DNA of 42,873 bases from a virus. Taxonomy: Duplodnaviria > Caudoviricetes. The notes beneath the pieces are model-generated. The model did not search any database. It saw nothing but the letters and a program-made list of their open reading frames with translations, and had not been told where the DNA came from. Where the stretch lies: positions 1 to 42,873 of IMG/VR virus record IMGVR_UViG_3300022309_000011; one strand, given 5' to 3'. Shown here piece after piece: positions 8,867-16,045 of this stretch (position 1 is the stretch's first letter; each line of letters starts with the position of its first letter). The position numbers were made by a program, and so were the translations under genes.

Positions 8867-11122
8867 ATGAAATACGAAGAGTTTATCGAAAGTAAAAAGA
8901 TTCAACCTGTCATCGCGGGCTTTGATGTTGACGAAAATAGCTTGAATGACAATCTTTTTGACTTCCAGCGAGTAATTGTTAAATGGGCTTTGAAGCGTGG
9001 CCGTGCTGCTATATTTGCAGATACCGGACTTGGCAAAACATTAATGCAAACTTCATGGGCTGACGAGGTTGTTAATTACACCGGCGGCGATGTGCTGATA
9101 TTTGCGCCTCTATGTGTGGCAAATCAGACAGTGAACGAAGGCAAAAAATTTGACATTGAAATAAATTATTGCCGTGATCAAGACGGGATAAAGACGGGCG
9201 TCAATATCACCAATTACGAAATGATGGATAATTTTGATCTTTCGTTATTCGCGGGCGTGGTTTTGGATGAGTCAAGCATCATTAAAAACCGCGATGGTAA
9301 AACGCGCAATGCAATAATCGAAGGTTGCAAAATAGTACCTTATCGACTTTCATGCACCGCGACCCCATCACCAAACGACTTTATGGAATTGGGCAATCAG
9401 GTTGAATTCCTCGGCATCATGACCATGACTGAAATGCTCGCCATGTATTTCGTAAATGACGCGGGGGATACTGGAACATGGATTTTAAAAGGTCATGGTA
9501 AGGAGAAGTTTTGGGAATGGATGGCAACATGGGCAGTCTGTATTCGTAGCCCGGAGGATATTGGTTTTGACGGTTCAAAATATATTTTGCCGCCATTGAA
9601 CATGATCGGTCATGTAGTAGAAAGTGCCACTACTTTTGGATTGTTTGCTGATATTGCGCAAGGGCTATTAGAGCGCAATCAAGCAAGGCGCGATTCAATT
9701 GATGATCGAGTTGCAAAATGCGCAGAAGTTGTTAATACGAGTTCAGAACAATTCTTTATATGGTGCCATTTGAATGACGAAGCCGCCATGATTGAAAAAA
9801 TGATACCCGGTGCCGTTGATGTATCCGGCAGTGATTCAATCGAACACAAAGAAGAATCTATCAGAGGATTTATTGACGGATCGATTCGCGTTTTAGTTTC
9901 AAAACCAAAAATACTTGGGGCTGGTATGAATTTTCAACATTGTCATAACACTGCATTTGTCGGTCTATCAGATAGCTGGGAACAATACTATCAGGCTATC
10001 CGTAGGTTCTATCGCTTCGGTCAAACCAAAGAAGTCAACGTGCATATTATCAGCGCAGAATCAGAAGGCGCAGTGGTTGAAAATATTAGGCGCAAAGAAC
10101 TGCAAAATGAAGAGATGGGTTCGCAGATGGTTAAACACATGAGCAATGCTATGAAAAAGGAAATATTTGGAATGAGTGAAGAAAAATCAGAATATGTACG
10201 CGATGTTGTCAAGACTGCGGATTATGAATTGCATCTTGCTGATTGCGTAGAATTGGCAAGTGAGATTGAAACTGGCACGATTGATTACACAATTTTTAGC
10301 CCGCCGTTTGAATCAATGTATGTATTCAGTAATCACATTCGAGATATGGGAAATTCAACGAAAGAACAGTTCTATCAGCACTTCCGTTTTCTGGTTGATG
10401 AAATGTTGCGTATTACTCGCCCCGGAAGATTGCTTTCGTTTCACTGTATGAATTTGCCAACTTCAAAAGTAAATGATGGATATATCGGAATCCGTGATTT
10501 CCGTGGCGATCTTATTCGCATGTTTCAACAATCAGGATGGATTTACCATAGCGAGGTATGTATTTGGAAAGATCCTGTAGTTGCTATGCAACGCACAAAG
10601 GCACTTGGATTGCTCCATAAGACCATTCGCAAAGATAGCTCAATGAGCCGCCAAGGGATTGCTGATTATTTGGTTACCATGCGCAAGCCAGGACAAAATG
10701 ATAAGGCTGTGAGGCATTATCGTGACGCAGAAGAATGTGCGGATGTATGCAAGGCAGAAGGATTGGACTATGAAACTGAGTGTAAAAACATTCTTGAAGT
10801 CGGATTATGGCAACAATACGCAAGCCCTGTATGGATGGATATTAATCAATCGCGTACACTCAACTTTAAATCAGGCCGTGACGATGATGACCAAAAACAT
10901 ATATGCCCATTGCAACTTGATGTGATTGAACGTGCTATGCATCTTTGGACTGCGCCAGGTGATCTTGTATTCAGTCCGTTTACTGGAGTTGGCAGCGAAG
11001 GTTATGTAGCTGTAGGAATGGGTCGCAGATTCATCGGCAGCGAATTGAAACAAAGTTACTTTGATCTTGCCAAAAAGAATATGCAAGATGCGAAAAAAGG
11101 AACAATGGACATGTTCGCATGA
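8867..11122 (+). CDS. SNF2-like helicase fused to an N4/N6 DNA methyltransferase
   Basis: ADTGLGKT, LDESS, TATP and QAIRRFYRFGQ helicase motifs; C-terminal FSPPF and FSPFTGVGSEG methyltransferase motifs. Confidence 0.9.
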   Translation: MKYEEFIESKKIQPVIAGFDVDENSLNDNLFDFQRVIVKWALKRGRAAIFADTGLGKTLMQTSWADEVVNYTGGDVLIFAPLCVANQTVNEGKKFDIEINYCRDQDGIKTGVNITNYEMMDNFDLSLFAGVVLDESSIIKNRDGKTRNAIIEGCKIVPYRLSCTATPSPNDFMELGNQVEFLGIMTMTEMLAMYFVNDAGDTGTWILKGHGKEKFWEWMATWAVCIRSPEDIGFDGSKYILPPLNMIGHVVESATTFGLFADIAQGLLERNQARRDSIDDRVAKCAEVVNTSSEQFFIWCHLNDEAAMIEKMIPGAVDVSGSDSIEHKEESIRGFIDGSIRVLVSKPKILGAGMNFQHCHNTAFVGLSDSWEQYYQAIRRFYRFGQTKEVNVHIISAESEGAVVENIRRKELQNEEMGSQMVKHMSNAMKKEIFGMSEEKSEYVRDVVKTADYELHLADCVELASEIETGTIDYTIFSPPFESMYVFSNHIRDMGNSTKEQFYQHFRFLVDEMLRITRPGRLLSFHCMNLPTSKVNDGYIGIRDFRGDLIRMFQQSGWIYHSEVCIWKDPVVAMQRTKALGLLHKTIRKDSSMSRQGIADYLVTMRKPGQNDKAVRHYRDAEECADVCKAEGLDYETECKNILEVGLWQQYASPVWMDINQSRTLNFKSGRDDDDQKHICPLQLDVIERAMHLWTAPGDLVFSPFTGVGSEGYVAVGMGRRFIGSELKQSYFDLAKKNMQDAKKGTMDMFA

Positions 11123-11313
11123 CCCGTTCCCCATCCGGCCACAGATGCGGGCAATCGCATCAAAAGGCCAAACTGACTGATGCCCAAGTCATTGCAATGC
11201 GAAAGCGGTATATCCCCTATGTGGTTAGCTACAAAACTCTATCCAAAGAGTTTAATTGTGGCGAAAGCACTGCGCGGGATATTTGCCAGTATGTAACTAG
11301 GATTAACGTATGA
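11119..11313 (+). CDS. Small HTH protein
   Basis: G..H.KAKLTDAQV..MR...SYKTLSKEFNCGESTARDI. Confidence 0.7.
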   Translation: MTRSPSGHRCGQSHQKAKLTDAQVIAMRKRYIPYVVSYKTLSKEFNCGESTARDICQYVTRINV

Positions 11314-11537
11314 CATGCCACTGGTGCGAAACAGACAACGGGAACTACGACTTTTCAAATATCTGTTGCAGAGTCCGTTTTTTATTTACCCAGCACGATA
11401 TTAATAATCGCAGGGGATGGATGGATAGATGGGCCAAGAAGTTTGGAAATGAACAGGCAGAGCAAGTAAAAATTCAATTTGAAACTCAATGGAAAGAAAA
11501 ACGGGGGAACAATGCCAAGTACACAAGAACAGATTAA
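11310..11537 (+). CDS. Hypothetical protein with Cys cluster
   Basis: 75 aa, CHWC...CC; ATGA coupling. Confidence 0.65.
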   Translation: MTCHWCETDNGNYDFSNICCRVRFLFTQHDINNRRGWMDRWAKKFGNEQAEQVKIQFETQWKEKRGNNAKYTRTD

Positions 11538-11853
11538 GTCAGCAATATTACTGAACGAACCAATTTTCAGACCTGATTTTTATATATGGGCCTGCAACAA
11601 CCATGAGATTTATAGTCACTTTGAGCAAGACGCAAAAAGATTCGCGGCAAATGGATTTAAAAAAATTGGCGCAAAAATGATTATCGAAAATATCCGATAC
11701 AGAACGAAGTTGCGTGAAATTGGAAACGGGGAATGGAAAATAAACAATAATTTCTCGGCAGATTTGGCGAGGCTATTTTTATTGCTTAATCCTGAATTCC
11801 CTGGATTATTTGAAATCCGCGTAGTTCATTCAAATATCTTGCGTGGAATATGA
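11512..11853 (+). CDS. Hypothetical phage protein
   Basis: GGGGG RBS; IIENIRY...WKINNNF..DLARLF......LFEIR. Confidence 0.7.
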   Translation: MPSTQEQIKSAILLNEPIFRPDFYIWACNNHEIYSHFEQDAKRFAANGFKKIGAKMIIENIRYRTKLREIGNGEWKINNNFSADLARLFLLLNPEFPGLFEIRVVHSNILRGI

Positions 11854-12416
11854 AAAATAAAAAATGCAAAGTACCGTATTGCAGGGCTATATTTGAGCCA
11901 AGAACTCCATTGCAAAGCGTTTGCAGTCCGAAATGTGCAGGAATATGGGCCGGAATTCTCAGGGAGAAAAAGGAACTTTTACAGAAGAAAGAAGCCCGTA
12001 AGGAATATCGGGAAGCAAAGTTAAAAATGAAGCGCAGGGGGGAATGGAAATCTGACGCGCAGGATATAATAAATTTATGGATAAAATTGAGAGATTATTT
12101 TGAGCCATGTATTTCATGCGGGAAACATAGGAATGCTTATGATGCAGGACATTATTTAGCCCGAAGCATAAGGCCAGAACTTGCATTTCATGAAGATAAT
12201 ATTCACAAGCAATGCGTGTACTGTAACAACTACAACAAAGGCGTAGGAAGCGCAGGATACAGGCCAAATCTGATAAAAAAAATCGGAATTGAAAAAGTCG
12301 AAGAACTTGAAAAACCACATCCCCCGGCACATCATACAATTGAGTTTTATCAAGGCATAATTTCAACATATAAACAAAAAATAAAAGAGCGAAAAAAAGA
12401 ATTAAATTTGTGTTGA
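11850..12416 (+). CDS. ninG: NinG/Rap family recombination nuclease
   Basis: CK..C...Q.VCSPKCA, CISCG, DAGHY, LAFHEDNIHKQCVYCN. Confidence 0.9.
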   Translation: MKNKKCKVPYCRAIFEPRTPLQSVCSPKCAGIWAGILREKKELLQKKEARKEYREAKLKMKRRGEWKSDAQDIINLWIKLRDYFEPCISCGKHRNAYDAGHYLARSIRPELAFHEDNIHKQCVYCNNYNKGVGSAGYRPNLIKKIGIEKVEELEKPHPPAHHTIEFYQGIISTYKQKIKERKKELNLC

Positions 12417-12441
12417 CTGACGGCCATAAACGGAATAGTAT
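12413..12441 (+). promoter_or_regulatory. Sigma70 promoter upstream of the cassette array (Pc-like)
   Basis: TTGACT-17 bp-TAGTAT. Confidence 0.65.
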
Positions 12442-12665
12442 TTGCCTTGCTGTTGTAGTAATTAGACATAGGGGAGTTACATCCTTCAAGCTGAATTAGG
12501 GCCAGTCAGAGGTGGAAAGCCTTGGATGCATGAGCCACATCATAGAACGGCCTTTATCACTTGTTTATTTTGCCCTTTGGTGTATTCACAAAATAAAATT
12601 TAGTGCAATCCCTTGTAACTCGGAAACTATATCAGGGAAAATTTAGGCAACGGCAAAATATTAAA

Positions 12666-12690
12666 ACAAGATGCGATTTTCGCATCTTGT
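12666..12690. other. Perfect 11-bp stem hairpin in the leader of cassette 1
   Basis: ACAAGATGCGA-TTT-TCGCATCTTGT. Confidence 0.7.
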
Positions 12691-12708
12691 ATATTCTCAG
12701 GGGGATAT

Positions 12709-13023
12709 ATGTGTAAATTTGAAATTCTTGCGAAGCTGCACGGGATTGATGTAAACAAAAACGAGCATAATTATTTAAACCCAAAAGCTGAGATTGCGCG
12801 TACATTTTGGGATGCTCAACAAGTAGAAATTGACAGGCTTAAACAAGAGCTATGTGATGTAACTTTTGCGGCTAAGGCTTTTAAATATGTGTTGGATAAC
12901 CAGGATAATAAAACAGCGAAATCAAAACCAATTTTAAAAAATATTCAACTTCCTAATCCATTTCGTTATTTAGTGATTGCATTGGCGGTGATTGGTTTTT
13001 TAATTTATCTGAATATTGCCTAA
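12709..13023 (+). CDS. Cassette 1: hypothetical protein with C-terminal TM helix
   Basis: GGGGG RBS; stop TAA lies inside R'' of attC1. Confidence 0.75.
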   Translation: MCKFEILAKLHGIDVNKNEHNYLNPKAEIARTFWDAQQVEIDRLKQELCDVTFAAKAFKYVLDNQDNKTAKSKPILKNIQLPNPFRYLVIALAVIGFLIYLNIA

Positions 13024-13080
13024 CAAACCAAATCAGGGGATCGAACGCAGTGAGATTCCCGCTTGAATGTTTGGTTGGGC
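13018..13080 (+). repeat. attC site 1
   Basis: GCCTAAC...GGGATC...GATTCCC...GTTGGGC, 63 bp. Confidence 0.85.
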
Positions 13081-13096
13081 AACGAAAGGATAAAAG

Positions 13097-13438
13097 ATGA
13101 ACAGAAATATGATTGAGCAAGTAAAAGATGCTAAAACACCGGAAGAAATGAGGGCTGAAATTTTCAGGTTACAGCGCTACGACCCATTGGTGAGAGCAGT
13201 GATAGATTCATCACAATACCGTGGCGCGAGCGCCGAAGATACTTATACCGTTCTCGCATACAATGCGATGAAGCAACTAGCAGAAATAAAACAACACGTT
13301 TTTGATGATGCAATTATGCGCCCACCACAACCTGTGTTTGTGATGCCCAACGTTCAAATTGAGGGGCAGGCCGCTTCTGGCCTGTCCCGCTCGAATGCAG
13401 GGTTGTGCGTCAATACTACGGAGCGGGGGAATGAATGA
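13097..13438 (+). CDS. Cassette 2: hypothetical protein; reading frame runs through attC2
   Basis: AAGGA RBS; the C-terminal tail PNVQIEGQAASGLSRSNAGL is translated attC2. Confidence 0.75.
   Translation: MNRNMIEQVKDAKTPEEMRAEIFRLQRYDPLVRAVIDSSQYRGASAEDTYTVLAYNAMKQLAEIKQHVFDDAIMRPPQPVFVMPNVQIEGQAASGLSRSNAGLCVNTTERGNE
13345..13408 (+). repeat. attC site 2
   Basis: GCCCAAC...GGGCAGGCC-GCTTCT-GGCCTGTCC...GTTGTGC, 64 bp. Confidence 0.88.
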
Positions 13439-14357
13439 GTTGGCTTTATTCGCAGGCGCTGGTGGAGGAATACTTGCTGGACACTCACTCGGATGGCGCA
13501 CAGTTTGCGCAGTCGAGTGGGAGCCATACGCCGCAAGCGTACTTGCACAGAGACAAAATGACAAAATTCTCGCGCCTTTCCCGATTTGGGATGACGTATG
13601 CACCTTTGACGGAAAGCCATGGCGTGGAGTTGTTGACGTGGTTTCTGGTGGCTTCCCGTGTACGGACATATCAGCCGCAGGGCGAGGCGCAGGAATTGAA
13701 GGCGAGCATAGCGGGTTGTGGCGAGAAATGGCACGAATTATCGGTGAAGTATTGCCCCGTTTTGTGTTCGTGGAAAACTCACCGCTCCTTGTGGGAAGAG
13801 GTGCTGCAATGGTCATCGGTGATCTTGCCGCGATGGGGTATGACGCGCAATGGTGTTGTCTTTCAGCATCCGACATGGGAGCGCCCCATCAGCGCGATAG
13901 GTTCTGGCTTGCAGCCAGACAACGAGAGCTTTTTCCATACGCCGACATGCGGTGGAATGGACGGCGGGAGCAACAGCAGGAAGGCGCTCAAGAAACGGCA
14001 GGAAGTATTTGCCACGCCGCAGGCGCGGGACTACCGCAGCGGGCAGGCAAGCCGATGGGACGATCCGGCGCGCAGTCGGAACTTGAACGATCAGATTGCA
14101 AAGTACCCGACCCCACAAGCATCGGACAACAGGGACAGGGGATGCCGTTCAACGCCAGCGATAGCACGGCGTATAGCGGCAGGAAAGCAAGTTATGCTAT
14201 CCATGATGGTGAGCGAAGAGAATGGCCGCCTGAACCCGGAATTTGTCGAGTGGTTGATGGGATGGCCGCAAGGATGGACAGACTTAAAGCCCTTGGAAAT
14301 GGGCAGGTTCCGCGAGTGGCAAGCACAGCATGGCGGATTTTGACGCACAACGCATGA
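13431..14357 (+). CDS. Cassette 3: C5 cytosine DNA methyltransferase, alpha polypeptide
   Basis: Motifs I LFAGAGG, IV GGFPC, VI ENSP, VIII HQRDR and X LKALGNGQVP present; motif IX absent. Confidence 0.9.
   Translation: MNELALFAGAGGGILAGHSLGWRTVCAVEWEPYAASVLAQRQNDKILAPFPIWDDVCTFDGKPWRGVVDVVSGGFPCTDISAAGRGAGIEGEHSGLWREMARIIGEVLPRFVFVENSPLLVGRGAAMVIGDLAAMGYDAQWCCLSASDMGAPHQRDRFWLAARQRELFPYADMRWNGRREQQQEGAQETAGSICHAAGAGLPQRAGKPMGRSGAQSELERSDCKVPDPTSIGQQGQGMPFNASDSTAYSGRKASYAIHDGERREWPPEPGICRVVDGMAARMDRLKALGNGQVPRVASTAWRILTHNA
13435..14343 (+). CDS. Cassette 3: overlapping alternative-frame methyltransferase beta polypeptide
   Basis: 302 stop-free codons in the +1 frame; repeated TP..D motifs and motif-IX-like RLNPEFVEWLMGWP..WT. 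True start uncertain. Confidence 0.75.
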   Translation: MSWLYSQALVEEYLLDTHSDGAQFAQSSGSHTPQAYLHRDKMTKFSRLSRFGMTYAPLTESHGVELLTWFLVASRVRTYQPQGEAQELKASIAGCGEKWHELSVKYCPVLCSWKTHRSLWEEVLQWSSVILPRWGMTRNGVVFQHPTWERPISAIGSGLQPDNESFFHTPTCGGMDGGSNSRKALKKRQEVFATPQARDYRSGQASRWDDPARSRNLNDQIAKYPTPQASDNRDRGCRSTPAIARRIAAGKQVMLSMMVSEENGRLNPEFVEWLMGWPQGWTDLKPLEMGRFREWQAQHGGF

Positions 14358-14399
14358 ATTTTGGGGCGCGCAGCGTCCCGCAACAATGACGGGTTATGC
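14345..14399 (+). repeat. attC site 3
   Basis: GCACAAC...GGGGCGC-GCA-GCGTCCC...GTTATGC, 55 bp. Confidence 0.82.
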
Positions 14400-14422
14400 C
14401 CCGTCTTTAATCGGAGAACTGA

Positions 14423-14632
14423 ATGGACGCTAAAACAAGACGCAAACATCTTCGTGACTTTCAGGATGCGGCGCGAGAGATTGAATTGGGCGGGGTCTGC
14501 ATTGGCATTCTTGAAGCGATGCGAGACCCAGTTGGGCAGCGCTGTATAAAAGCGCTCAACGCCAGCGCACAGCGGCAGCTTACGAAACTCGATAAAGCGG
14601 CGGAAAAACTTGGGGCACCATACGGGGCATAA
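14423..14632 (+). CDS. Cassette 4: hypothetical protein
   Basis: GGAG RBS; stop TAA inside R'' of attC4. Confidence 0.75.
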   Translation: MDAKTRRKHLRDFQDAAREIELGGVCIGILEAMRDPVGQRCIKALNASAQRQLTKLDKAAEKLGAPYGA

Positions 14633-14694
14633 CGTGTAGTTGAGGGGCTGGACGAGGCGTTTATCGGCCAGTCCGCTCGAACGGAAAGTTATAC
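14627..14694 (+). repeat. attC site 4
   Basis: GCATAAC...TTGAGGGGCTGG...CCAGTCCGCTCGAA...GTTATAC, 68 bp. Confidence 0.88.
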
Positions 14695-14898
14695 ATGAAA
14701 ACTCAATATATAAAATTTTGCCAGCAACATAATGACTCTGTATTGGGTTCACAAGCTATAACGTGGATAACAACATCATTAGTGCGTGTCACTCGAAACA
14801 GATTACAAAAGGCTCATTTTGAGTGGGTAGGTAACGCATCAATGCAATTTGATTTAGATGAGGTGCGTAAATTGTACCCTTTGGCACTGTATGTATAA
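14695..14898 (+). CDS. Cassette 5: hypothetical protein
   Basis: ATG directly after R' of attC4; stop TAA inside R'' of attC5. Confidence 0.7.
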   Translation: MKTQYIKFCQQHNDSVLGSQAITWITTSLVRVTRNRLQKAHFEWVGNASMQFDLDEVRKLYPLALYV

Positions 14899-14953
14899 CG
14901 CAGAAATCAGGGGCTGAGCGTTAGCGAAGTCCCGCTGGATTGTAGGGTTGTGC
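14893..14953 (+). repeat. attC site 5
   Basis: GTATAAC...AATCAGGGGCT...AGTCCCGCTGGATT...GTTGTGC, 61 bp. Confidence 0.88.
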
Positions 14954-14978
14954 GTCATTTTTAACGAAGAGGTGAAAA

Positions 14979-15131
14979 ATGAAGTTTATTTTTATAGTAA
15001 TCGGTGCTGCGTTTTTAATGTTCCTCGGAGCCTTTGCGCATGAAGGGGACATCCAATCACAGTGCAGAGAACATGGCAAGGCCGGGCATTCTGCATGGCG
15101 TGGCGAACTTATCTGCGCGCCACTGCAATGA
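14979..15131 (+). CDS. Cassette 6: 50-aa protein with N-terminal hydrophobic/signal segment
   Basis: Read manually: MKFIFIVIGAAFLMFLGAFAHEGDIQSQCREHGKAGHSAWRGELICAPLQ*; GAGGTG RBS. Confidence 0.75.
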   Translation: MKFIFIVIGAAFLMFLGAFAHEGDIQSQCREHGKAGHSAWRGELICAPLQ

Positions 15132-15132
15132 C

Positions 15133-15193
15133 GCACAACAAGTATTAGGCGGCCTTATAATATATAAATTATGCCGTCTAAATCACGTTTTAT
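15133..15193 (+). repeat. attC site 6 (terminal, degenerate R')
   Basis: GCACAAC-5 nt-TTAGGCGG...CCGTCTAA-5 nt-GTTTTAT. Confidence 0.65.
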
Positions 15194-15439
15194 ATTATAA
15201 ATCGTTGATTTTTGACGAATATGTATTTATAACACAGCCTAAAATAATGCGGTTCAAAGTTAATGTAATACATTAAGCGTGAAAGATTAAAGCGTTGTCA
15301 GAATATCTTTTTATTTGTCTTGAAAAGGACAAAAAGGACAAATTTATTTATGATAATAAAATCAAATACATATATTGTATTTTTGGAATAGAGATTTGCA
15401 ATTTATCTGCAAGACTGTCCTTTCTGCTATAGTTTAGCG

Positions 15440-16045
15440 ATGAATACACCGAAAAAGAAAGTTGGCCGAAAGAGCAAAATCCCCGAAGGCGAGAGAGAAA
15501 AAATCCGCGCCCGACTTATGAGGGGCGATACGATGGCTGATATTGCAAGGGATTATGGTGTTGATCCCAAAGTGATTCAGCGCATGAAGCACTTGGCAAA
15601 GCAGGAGGGGGGGGAAACCAGGCTTCCTGTTGGAATGATTAAGCAGGCGGCTGAAAAGTCACTTGAAAACGATCTTCGTGATCCTGTCGTAAGAAATCTG
15701 CTTGAAATTGCAGGCCAATCGGATCGGGATTTATTTTATAACCACAAAAACGATTTGCTTGAAATTACAATGCAGTTAAATCTTTCATGTAAATTCAGCG
15801 CCCAGAACGCGCACAAACTGGCGGCTATGGCGCATAACCATTTAAGCAAGCTTGAAACTACCGCTTTGCTCGATAGCGAAAGCAAGGAAACTTTAAACAA
15901 GGCAATGGTATTGCAAGACGCATCAAACGAATCCGCAAAACAGCCGATGAAGCTGTTTGAAATCGCCACGAAACAGCCGCCCCCTCCCCCGGAAGATAAG
16001 CCATTACGGATTATTGGAGGTTTGCCGGAAGTGCCGTATGAATGA
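15440..16045 (+). CDS. terS: Terminase small subunit (N-terminal HTH)
   Basis: GRKSKI, MADIARDYGVDPKVI HTH; C-terminal IIGGLP; directly upstream of terL. Confidence 0.75.
   Translation: MNTPKKKVGRKSKIPEGEREKIRARLMRGDTMADIARDYGVDPKVIQRMKHLAKQEGGETRLPVGMIKQAAEKSLENDLRDPVVRNLLEIAGQSDRDLFYNHKNDLLEITMQLNLSCKFSAQNAHKLAAMAHNHLSKLETTALLDSESKETLNKAMVLQDASNESAKQPMKLFEIATKQPPPPPEDKPLRIIGGLPEVPYE

Larger units (their letters stand above)
12643..15193 (+). mobile_element. Integron-type gene cassette array (six cassettes) without integrase (CALIN-like)
   Basis: Six 55-68 bp attC-like imperfect palindromes (RYRYAAC/RYYYAAC...GTT), one per cassette. Each cassette's 5' end is the reverse complement of its own 3' R'' end (8-13 bp). 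Confidence 0.88.

Noticed and set aside
12450-12560. tRNA or known ncRNA in the leader after ninG
   Set aside because: No cloverleaf or T-loop GTTC motif recognised; an Rfam search would be needed to say more
11959-14752. Long antisense ORFs (11959-12489, 13277-13876, 14192-14752)
   Set aside because: Shadows of + strand genes with no RBS or motifs, and the last crosses cassette boundaries
13018-15193. Intergenic hairpins as simple rho-independent terminators or REP elements
   Set aside because: They lack U-tracts, have AAC/GTT boxes at fixed spacing, and show cassette-end complementarity
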